DNA of 64,000 bases, taken from Octopus sinensis (taxonomy: Eukaryota). Below, piece by piece: positions 53,903 to 64,000 of this stretch. The notes under the pieces were generated by a model. That model saw nothing but the letters and a program-made list of their open reading frames with translations, searched no databases and was not told the DNA's origin. Made by a program: the position numbers and the translations under genes. The DNA is taken from the NCBI RefSeq assembly GCF_006345805.1, contig NC_043008.1, positions 74,090,001-74,154,000 on the forward strand, in the 5' to 3' direction. The first letter of the stretch is position 1; every line of letters starts with the position of its first letter.

Positions 53903-54115
53903 AGGCGGCGAGCAAGCAGAATTGTTATCACGTCGGGCAAAATGCTTTGCGGTATATCCTACGTTCTGAGTTCAAATTCCGTTGAGGTCTACTTTTCCTT
54001 TCATCTTTTCGTTGTCGATAAAATAAGTACCAGTTGAGCACTGGGGTCGATGCAATCGACTAACCACCCCTACGCCATCAAACTTGCTATCCTTGTACCA
54101 AAATTTGAAATTCAT
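53903..54115 (+). mobile_element. tRNA-derived SINE family 1
   Basis: aaggcggcgagcaagcagaattg..gagttcaaattcc..gtcgataaaataagtaccagttgagcactggggtcgat..aaaatttgaaa. Confidence 0.85.
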
Positions 54116-55397
54116 TAGAACTATGAAACCACTACAGGAGCAGCAAATTAAAAATATTAACAAATGAGTTATTTTGTTACTTCAGGAAGCAGAGCTCAGG
54201 TCGTATGCTAGACAATGACTATAGACTTAACTATTTAATGATAGAAGTTTATATTTTGTAGAGTCTTATCTACTGTAATCATGTTCTATTAGACTATAAC
54301 ATATAAAGTCTCAAATCACTAAATTATTTGTAACTGTTAAAATAATTCACTATAAACTCTTTAACAAAGATTTTATTATCAACACTGAAACAATCAACGT
54401 CAACGCCAACGTTACCAGCATCAACAACAGCATACCACCACCATTCGCACCACACTATCATCATCATCTCCACATGATCCTTATCAGTACGTAATATATA
54501 TATAGCATTTTGCTGTAAACCTATGAAAAGCTATGGGACTAACTTCCTTCAACTGGAAGAAATATAAAATCGTTACACCATGTCAAGCATTTGTCTTTCC
54601 CTCTTCCATCATTTAAATAAGACAGACATTGTTGATGTTACATTAACTATTAATGGACTACAACTCGATAGAGTTTTATTATTATCATTAATGTGCCGAA
54701 CATTTTCATTAGATGTGTACTAAATAATTTAAGTCTATTTTGATATTGTAAATCAAATATCTGGGGTAAAATGAAATAAGCACGACTTAGGTCGTGTTTA
54801 AATTACTTTCATTGCTTTCGGTCATCATTATATTATTTAAAACATTATCAATATTTAAATAATTTAATTAATCACAATAATGCCATTACTGAAGAACATT
54901 TTATTCTTTCTATTTTCGATTATGCAAAACAATGAAAAGGAAATAAGATCGTCCTCTAAGCGATGTTTGCCGTATACATAAGTTAAGGTCTCATTAATCC
55001 GACTAAGGGACGTGATTTCATCGCGGATTTCAAGTCGTTTTAGATAACATATGTCAGTATTACCCTTGGAGAAGTCATGTACTTAATTAGTAACATTCAA
55101 ATCTCTAACTAAACTAACAGACGAGGAGTTTATGTATTTTATATGCCTGTGTGTTTACATTTATAGATATTTTACTTGTTGCGTAAGAGACTTAGTGTAT
55201 TTGCATTCCCTCACTTGTGCCTACATTTCCCCTAATATCAATATCTATCGATTAAAACTGGCTCAGGGACTTAACTGTTATTGGTCCGATAGTTGGATGT
55301 TATTTTTTAATGCCAGAAAAATGAAGAAAATATTTGATCTCAACGGATGGACCAAATATGAACACATGCTAAGTCAATAATAATAATAATAATAATG

Positions 55398-55468
<71 letters not shown>

Positions 55469-55477
55469 AATATAATA

Positions 55478-55635
55478 CTGATGCAGTACCAAGCAGTGGC
55501 TCGCATGTCTTCTCATCTTAACTGATTGGAAGTGTTATCATGTACATTGTTGTGTCTTGGTATAAAAGATGGGCTGCGACAAATATTCTACTCAATATCA
55601 CAGATTTGCTTGTCAGCTGTTTGACCTTAACCAGT
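55478..55635 (+). mobile_element. Element X, copy 3 (3' truncated by a SINE)
   Basis: ctgatgcagtaccaagcagtggctc..aactgattggaagtgttatcatgtacattg, following (TAA)n(GAA)n. Confidence 0.85.
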
Positions 55636-55945
55636 GTTTTACTGGTACTTAACTTATCGTCCCTGAAATGAGGAAAGGCGGAATTTGAACTCAGAATGTA
55701 GCGGTAGACGAAATACCTATTTCTTTACTACTCACACGGGGCTAAACACAGAGAGGACAAACGAGGACAGACAAACGGATTAAATCGATTATATCGACTC
55801 CGGTGCGTAACTGGTACTTATTTAATCGACCCCGAAAGGATGAAAGGCAAAGTCGACCTCGGCGGAATTTGAACTCAAAACGTAACGGCAGTCGAAATAC
55901 CGCTAAGCTTTTCGCCCGGCATGCCAACGATTCTGCCAGCTGGCC
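55636..55945 (-). mobile_element. Dimeric SINE family 1
   Basis: Same internal junction (acgaaatacctatttctttacta) as the 48.4-48.8 kb copy. Confidence 0.88.
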
Positions 55946-55946
55946 T

Positions 55947-56175
<229 letters not shown>

Positions 56176-56177
56176 GA

Positions 56178-56727
56178 ATGCTCTGATGCAGTACCAGACA
56201 ATAGCTTACATGACTTCACATCTTAAATGATTGAAAGTGTTATCATGTAAATTGTTTTCTTTTTGTATATAAGATGGGCTACAGCAAATATCCTGCTCAA
56301 TATCACAAATTTGTCAGTTGTTTGATCTAAACCACTTTAGCATGTCCTATAGTGGCTGACGATATATGTATCTCTGATCATGAATAGAAGTAGTGGGGGA
56401 CATCATAGCCATGTGCTGAGAGGAATTATTTGGGGTTCGGATAATTCGCCCTTGGAAGCATGGGTGTTTTGTTCAACACACTTTAACAGTCCTTTTTCAG
56501 GAACCTTTTGAGCAGGATGGGCTACTCGACCTGAAGAAATTTCTAACTGGTTCCAACTACACGGTCATGTGCTGCTTATCTTGATATGAGATCACCCTCT
56601 CGAGCACATATGGTTAAGATGCGTGTTTCTGGTGTACCCTTATTAGACGGGTAGTCATGATGGGTATACTGAGCTTCGTATATTTTACCCCTGAGTCATT
56701 TTGAGGGCATGCACTGTTCTTTCATTC
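56178..56727 (+). mobile_element. Element X, copy 4
   Basis: atgctctgatgcagtaccagacaat...gcactgttctttcattc|aataacaac. Confidence 0.88.
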
Positions 56728-56744
56728 AATAACAACAACAACAA

Positions 56745-57752
56745 TGATAATGGTAACGGGAGTATAGCGACACCGAAATAGGAAACATGGCAGAGTATTT
56801 GGTAAACAGCGAACAAGACCTGCTACTGTATGCTGGTAATTCAGAAGGATTTACCAGCAATTAAATTGACAGTGATAATGAATTCCGATCACGAATAGCC
56901 AACGAGAGAGAAGAAACTCTACTCCGAATGGAAATACATGGTCAGTTCCACCGTGAAGCTAACAACTTAAAACGCCAGGAAGCATCATGGAGGTGGCACA
57001 GCAAGGGTGACCCCAAAAAGAAAATTTGAAAACCTAATCTTTGCTGCCCAGAAACTGGTATTGAGTGCTAACACCGTGAAAAGGTATATCTACCATTCCA
57101 GTGCAACGAACGCTGCAGAATGTGCCGGAAGAAGGTCGAAAGCGTGATTCACATTTAGTGCTTATGAAAGTCTTGCACAGAAAGAGTACAAGTGTAGACA
57201 CAACAATGTAGCCCAAACCTTTACTGGCTACTATGCCGGAAGTATGGATACGAGGTAACGGGTTCTTGGTGCCAACATACAGTGGTAAAGATAAGGACGA
57301 AAACCGGAAGGCAATGACTCTCTGGGACTTTGAATTCTAGACAGACAAAGTGGTAGATCACTGAAAGTCAGATATAGTAACCTTGAGGAGGAACAAACGA
57401 TAGGGTCTAATAATCTACCCGATATTGCCAACATATCAACGTATTATCATGATAGTAAGAGAAAAGATCGATAAATACGGAGACCTGAGAACTGACATCA
57501 CCATCATGTAGCAGCTACGACAGTCAAACATAAAGGTTGTCCCTGTTTTCATTCAATATCACCCAACCTGAAGAAATATCTGGAAACTTTAGAAATACCC
57601 TACAATCTTGTTGTATTGCAAAAATCGGACGCATATTGCGTGAAGTAGTATCTGTCTGAGGTCCTTGTTGTGACTTAAAAGACAGTGCAAACCCCAGGTA
57701 GACACAGTATCTTCAATATACAACAGAATATTGGATACTGAGAGACGGCTTC
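56745..57752 (+). mobile_element. R4/Dong-clade 3' fragment copy E (CCHC, RLE, 3' UTR)
   Basis: HGQFHR, LIFAAQ, CRMCRK..LAQKEYKCRHNNVAQ, LWDF..TDK, EKIDKYGDL, LQKS. Ends ggcttc|aatagtaataataa. Confidence 0.85.
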
Positions 57753-57771
57753 AATAGTAATAATAATAATA

Positions 57772-57804
<33 letters not shown>

Positions 57805-58019
57805 GAAGAAGAAGAAGAAGAAGAAGAAGAGAAGAAGAAGAAGAAGAAGAAGATGAAGAAGAAGAATACATTTTATTGTCTTATCAAGTCAGCCAGTAAG
57901 GTTTATTTTTCCAATTTAAATGGAAATCACTTTACCAGTATTTGAAAGAGGCATGAACATCAATTTATTTCATTCTGTTGTGGAACAAGATTAGGTCATA
58001 ATTAATTATTAATATAAGA

Positions 58020-58295
58020 AACAGAGCGGGCAAAATCTTTAGCACACCCGTCAAAATGCTTAGCGGCATTTCGTTCAGATCTACGTACAGAGTTCAAATT
58101 GCGCTGTGGTCGACTTTGCTTTCGTCCTTTCGAAGTCGATAAAATAAGTACTAGTTGAACACTGGGATGGAAGTAAGACACTTCTCTGCTTCCCCCGAAA
58201 TTACTGGTCTTTTGCCTAAATGTGAAACCAATGTAAAATAAATACCATCTGGGGCCAAAATTTATGGCCTTGTGTCAAAATTTGAAACCAATGTC
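58020..58295 (+). mobile_element. tRNA-derived SINE family 1 with duplicated tail
   Basis: aaatgcttagcggcatttcg..gagttcaaatt..ggtcgactttgc; gaaaccaatgt occurs twice. Confidence 0.8.
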
Positions 58296-58789
58296 AGATA
58301 CAAATTGTTAGTGCGGACAGTATTATATATTCTATTAGCACTTCTTGGTTTACAATATCTTTATTAACATTCACTCTACTTTCTGTTTTTAATCAGCAAG
58401 TAACTCTGCGTATTTCTTCTCATTTAACAGACTGCATTCATTTATTAAAATATTAAATACATGTCTAGACATCAAAATATCTCACACTTAGAATGCCAAC
58501 GAGAGTTAATAATCCCACAATGAGTCCGCAGATATCATATTACAAATAAATATCAGGAGCACCCTCCAACTACTTTTAATGAATTTAAATACCAAGATTT
58601 TCACCCTTGACCTCTTTCAGCGGAATTAAATCATTGCGATAATAGTTTCTAATCTTTGTGGGTAAAATTTGAATTAACCTTGACCATTATGTTCGCACTC
58701 GATTCATTCTAGACGTGTAAATTATAAGCAAGTAGTCACTATAGCCTGCCTTCGCGAGCAAGTGCTAACATAGGCATCGTCAATTTAAC

Positions 58790-59005
58790 GTAGACATCTT
58801 CTCATCTCTCCAACTCTTGATCCAGCAGAAAATCGTGGCTGCCATTGATAGGGAAGCGAAAAATGAATCAGCAATAAGTTGGTACTTACTTTCAGTCGAA
58901 TAAATTGCAGCAACGTAAAATAAAGTAACGTGCTTGGTCCAAGAATCGAACCTACAGCCTTATGAACTTGAGTAGAAGAGTCTAGTCACTAGGCCACATA
59001 CCTTC
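58790..59005 (-). mobile_element. Degenerate tRNA-derived SINE (third type)
   Basis: Reverse complement has A box gtggcctagtga and B box ggttcgattc, then aagtaccaac. Confidence 0.55.
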
Positions 59006-60214
59006 ACAACCGAGCAGTAAATTGATCATTTTTACTTTTACTGTGGCTCGCTAATTTAGAGCACGTGCTGCCTGCTCAAAAAGAATCGCTTTAAATGTCG
59101 GTTTAAATTCTTACCTTTAGCTAGAAACTACCAGGGAAGAAACTGGCAGTTTTGATGAAACACATATAAAATCAAATCAAAATGAAAGTAAAACGATAGC
59201 CTTTTATCCATGGTAGAACGACAGATAAAAGGGAAGTGATATTTATCTTGATTTCACTTTGTTGTTTTTAATATTAAAATCACGATTTCATGTTATTATA
59301 CCATATTCTTAGAAGCAAGATGTGATATCACGCACTTGCACGTAAATGCTTTCCAACACAGGACTTTTCGATATTTGTTGCTATTTTTTAATTGCTGCCT
59401 TTGTTTAATACCAGGTAAAGGCTGATTAAGCAGTATTCTGATGTAAGACATTTAACTGTATTTAACCGTAATCATTTCCTCTTTAGGGGTGTTTAAGAAT
59501 ACCTTTTCTCCTTTTTTGTCTTTTTGTATGATACTTTTGTGATTTGAGACATGGCTGCTAATTCTTGTGGGCCAGTCGACCTGGTATTGTTTCATCGGCT
59601 CGACATCTTCTGATAATTATTAAATGTCACATTTGCATCGCATAATAATAGCATAACGATAATCATAGTCTAAATTCGACGTTGACGGCCAAAAATATGG
59701 ACGCCACATAACCGTCACTTTTCGAAATATCTCATGCCTTATATCACTTAATTGAGCTTACATCAATTTCATAATAATTAAATATGCGTTTATATCAAAT
59801 AAAATCGATATCATAATGTTGTCTTTAATAATTTAATCAGTTTATATTCATTGTACCTACATCAATAACTTCTGTGTATATCAATAAATTTGTTTATATA
59901 AATTGTGTCAATATCAATAAGTTGTGTATATATCAATTAACTATGTCTACATTAATTAACTGAGTCCTTATCAATTAATTTGCTTGTATAAATTAAGTCA
60001 ATAATTTCAGCTGTGAATATAACCGAAATATCAGGTACGTTATAGGAACTTTTAAGTTGAACCTGGATCAACTTAGCACCACATCTGTGAGGGAAAATAT
60101 ATTTGGTGAACTCAATAACCTCTTTGACCTCTTTGACCTCTTTACCGTTATGTTGTTGTTTTTTTATCGTGTCATGTTTGTTGTGTATGTCTGTGGCGAA
60201 GATGTTTGTTCTCC

Positions 60215-60425
60215 TCGATTTTGGCACAAAGCCAGTAAGTTTGGGGCAGCGAGTTAGTCGATCACATCGTTCCCAGTGCTTGACTGGTATTTATTTAATA
60301 GACCTCGAAATGGTGAAAGGTAAAGTCGACCTCGGTGGAATTGAAACTCAGAAGATAAAGACGGACGAAATATCGCTAAGCATTTTGCCCGGCTTGCTAG
60401 GGACACTGCCAGCTCACCGCCTTAA
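60215..60425 (-). mobile_element. tRNA-derived SINE family 1
   Basis: Reverse complement: aaggcggtgagctggcagtgtcc..gaggtcgactttacctttca. Confidence 0.85.
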
Positions 60426-60859
60426 ACCTAGCTGTAAATATTACACTTGGATATTTCTCCACATCTTAAACATCAATGAGAGTACTTTTAGTTTGATGCT
60501 AGGTATGATTTGTTGTAGTAACGATTTTAATATTTTCTATGTAAAAGCTTATTTCTTCTACATTGCGAAGACCAAAAATAGTGACCTATACTTTCACGGA
60601 TCTTCAACACAAAGACACACATCTCGATAACATCTTGAGCATAACATGTACCTCACTCCTACAATCAAGTATACAGCAAATAGTTTCCACTTTACTTCGG
60701 CTATTATAAATACCAAGGTTCAGATCGAACAGTTAAACCTCCCCAAGTCAGTCTGTATATTGCCTTAGAAGTAACTATGATTAGTATGTAAAATTTACAA
60801 TGAGACTCACAATGTCTTTGCGCTTGTAGATAGACTGCAGAAAATAGAAGCAGGTATTT

Positions 60860-60990
60860 TTATATATAAATGTCAATTTCTGTCAATCTGTCTGTGGCCA
60901 TCTTGCTGCCTACGGCAGTGAACCAGTCTTGACGAAACTTTGCAAACATATTCAACTAACATCCAGTTGAATTATAGGCTATTTGGATTT
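60860..60990 (+). mobile_element. Helitron-like non-autonomous fragment
   Basis: tatatataaa..tctgtctgt..gaaccagtcttgacgaaacttt, similar layout to 29820-29937. Confidence 0.4.
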
Positions 60991-61446
60991 CAAGAAAAAT
61001 CTATAATGGGCCCCCTAATGGGGTTGGACTATTATTTGATGAATTGAGAAGGGTGCAAAGAGTGTAAGTGTGAGAGAAATCTGACAGCACAGTGAGTGTG
61101 GTCGAGATCAGTAAAGGGAAGAACAAAGTTATGTAAGCGACAAATATGGAGTGGTACAAGGATGGTAACGTTACTACAGCTGTCATTCAGGTATATACAC
61201 GTGACACTGCATACATAGATTCGTAAATACATACACACACACACATGCATATACTCATAAGTGACTGTTAAAACGCCGAGGAAGGGAAACAAAAGTGGAT
61301 GTGAGAAATACGTAGCTGTAGCGAGAGAGGGAGTAAGTTGACAACATTTGTTCATAGATGACTTTTCTGCAGTCAATCGCAAAGAAACACACACAAACAT
61401 ACACACACATGCATACATATATATACATACATACGTACATATATAT

Positions 61447-61505
<59 letters not shown>

Positions 61506-61617
61506 CTATACACCATTCTTAACCTGTACGTTTGCAAATGTGTGTGTGTTTCAGTGCATGTATGTGTGTGTGCTCATCCGTGCGTGTGTGTGTGTGCTCA
61601 TCCGTGCGTGTGTGTGC

Positions 61618-61669
<52 letters not shown>

Positions 61670-61949
61670 GTGTATGTGTGAGTTCTATAACTGTCTGTCT
61701 CTATTTTTGTAGAGTCTTCTCTGTTGCTATCATATATTGTGACATTTTAAAATTCCGTCAAATTTTTCAAATTTCGTATCTTGAAAACATTTTCCATGTT
61801 AAATCTGATTTTGTTATTTATTTGCTCCAGAAAAATTGCAGAAAAATATTACTGAGGTTTAAAGCTTAATTTATTTTACCTAATCAGAAAACAGGATTAG
61901 GAAGCTGGCATGTTTTTGCATGATAGCTGTCTATCACAAAATGGAAGCA

Positions 61950-63010
61950 AAATCATTACGTGGAGGAATTTTTATTACACAAAGGAAAGTAAAACATAAC
62001 GACTACCAAAGTTGAAAGAACTTCTGAAGTTTTAATGAATAAAGTCATGTGAAACGGTCGAACACACTTGTAAATAATATATAAAGGAAAAAGATCCTCA
62101 ACGGAGATGTTTTGCGTAAAATTGCATACATCTGTCCTGATCAAGAGGCCCATCTGTCGGAGAAGACATGGTCTGACGGGTTATTGAGCTATTGTTGATA
62201 ATAAAATCATTTTGAATTACTAAAGACTTGATCTTCGATTCCACATATGCAGCAACTAATGAAACTCGGAATAAAAAGATTATGGATGTGGGAAGACAAT
62301 GATAGGCTTCGATAAATGCTTGAGCGAGTATTTGTTATTTCCACAACGAAATGGGGAATTACACCAGAGACTCGTCTTTTCAGATCAGATAACAACTGGA
62401 TCATTGACGTTAGTAATAAACTAGAGCTGAAAGAAAACGTATTTATAACTGACGAGATTGTTGAAAAATATTTTATGTCGAATTACAAGATTTTGCGTGT
62501 TTCACTTGAAAGAGATTGCAACAAAGATATTGACGAAGACTTTAAATTTTTCTTTGAAATGGATCACAGTACGTCGTGGTGTTTGATGCTCAACATTTTC
62601 TGTTGCATCAAATAATATCGTCAAAATTATATCATGAAAAAAGCAGGTTTTAAGCGAAAGAGATGCAGCAGAGAAAATATGATAGTTTCGCAAATACTTT
62701 CAAAATATCGGGGAGAGAAGAGTAATTCAATGTAAGCATGAAAGAGATAGAAGAAAAAGTATTTTTTTCCATATGAAGATCGACCACGCAATAATATATT
62801 TTGGATTTTGACAACAGCAAAATAAAAAATGAAAAAATCTGACTGTTTACATATAAAGTATCATAATTAGATAAATCACTCGTATAATCTAAATAATACG
62901 AATAATTTTCCGCAAACAAACTTTCAAGTAACTATTGTTTGAATACATATGTATGTGTGTGTGCATATATATTTATGTTCTAATGTATATACATCTATTT
63001 ACATACACAT

Positions 63011-63052
<42 letters not shown>

Positions 63053-63074
63053 ATATATATATATATATATATAT

Positions 63075-63114
<40 letters not shown>

Positions 63115-64000
63115 AGAAGCGCCTTTATCGAAAATGTTTCATTCTTCACTTCATACTTCATTTTCGTTTTATGAATTTTGTCACGATTTAGCAAAAGGTA
63201 AAAAAAGTAACATTTTATAGTTGTACAATCAAAATTAACTTCACAAAAGATGTTTAGAAAATACTGTTTTGTTTCAAAAGAGAATAGATCACTTAGACGT
63301 TTTATTTTTCTTTGAGGAAATTTATCAAATCGTATGAAAGTACTTTATTTATTTTTACATCTGTTGAGACAAGAACTTTCCAAATCATTTCCGGCAATAT
63401 CTATATCAAAATATGAAGTAGCTTGCCAAATTATTCTTCAGGGCAATACTAAAAGATGTGAACTTGTCATAACATTTTATTTAGATCACAAAATCTATTG
63501 TTATCAGCTCGTTTATAACAATAGACGTTCCTAGAGATTTTCTCTTTGTCTTACTGTAAACACACATACAGTATATTTGTTTATGACTCAAATAACAGTG
63601 CATGCTTTGGCTGCGGTGATGTATTTAATTATACCCTGGGTTCATATCATACCTTATCGATTTCACTTTTCATCTTACGGGCTCAATGGCATAACATCAA
63701 TAAGAATAAATATATTCAGGCAACGGTACTCCTTCTATAAAAAATCTGATGGTTAAACAACACCATGTGTCTGAGGCAGAATGTTTATGAATGTGCACAG
63801 AAATTCCAAGTTACGACCATACAATCTCCCATTGAGTTACAAAAGTTTGAAACCATAGGATGGTATCGTGATATCAAGAAATTACAGTATACAAAGTTGT
63901 TAGTCGTATCGGGTACTGCGAGATGTAGAACGAATATTTGTATATTAATTTTTGTAAGCCATGTAGGCATGTTAAGATGTATGGTTTGCGAGATTTAGTA
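61950..64000 (+). pseudogene. Decayed STAND-class (nSTAND3-like) NTPase followed by ankyrin-like motifs
   Basis: IKRLWMWEDND, VFVISTTKWGIT (eroded Walker A), KENVFITDEIVEKY (Walker B-like hhhhDD..GK), then after a frameshift KWITVRRGV..NNIVKII..LSERDAAEKI. Downstream: ACFGCGDVFNY and NINKNKYIQATVLL (ORF 63546-63740). Interrupted by (TA)n at 62950-63110. Confidence 0.45.

Overview
Repeat-saturated, AT-rich eukaryotic DNA, most likely cephalopod (Octopus-like, inferred from the SINE families and microsatellite load). I found no intact protein-coding gene. Most long ORFs in the track are microsatellite artefacts or decayed retrotransposons. Recognisable content: (i) five R4/Dong-clade non-LTR retrotransposon copies with an RLE endonuclease, most of them adjacent to (TAA)n, plus four copies of a ~550 bp non-coding element found only in (TAA)n arrays; (ii) Penelope-like elements (PLEs), one near full length with RT and GIY-YIG, plus about seven hammerhead ribozyme (HHR) motifs, including non-canonical cores and one placed behind a tRNA-like Pol III head; (iii) an RTE-type LINE, two Tx1/L1-like remnants, mariner, pogo/Tigger and Helitron-like remnants, and over 20 tRNA-derived SINE copies; (iv) a 1.6 kb inversion that splits two elements. 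The apparently unique DNA between the transposons repeatedly translates on the minus strand into degenerate ankyrin-repeat motifs from about 1 to 60.7 kb. A decayed STAND (nSTAND3-like) NTPase followed by ankyrin-like motifs lies at 62-64 kb on the plus strand. The window may therefore be the fossil of one or more very large NLR-like STAND-ANK genes shredded by transposons. All calls were made by eye, so boundaries are approximate.
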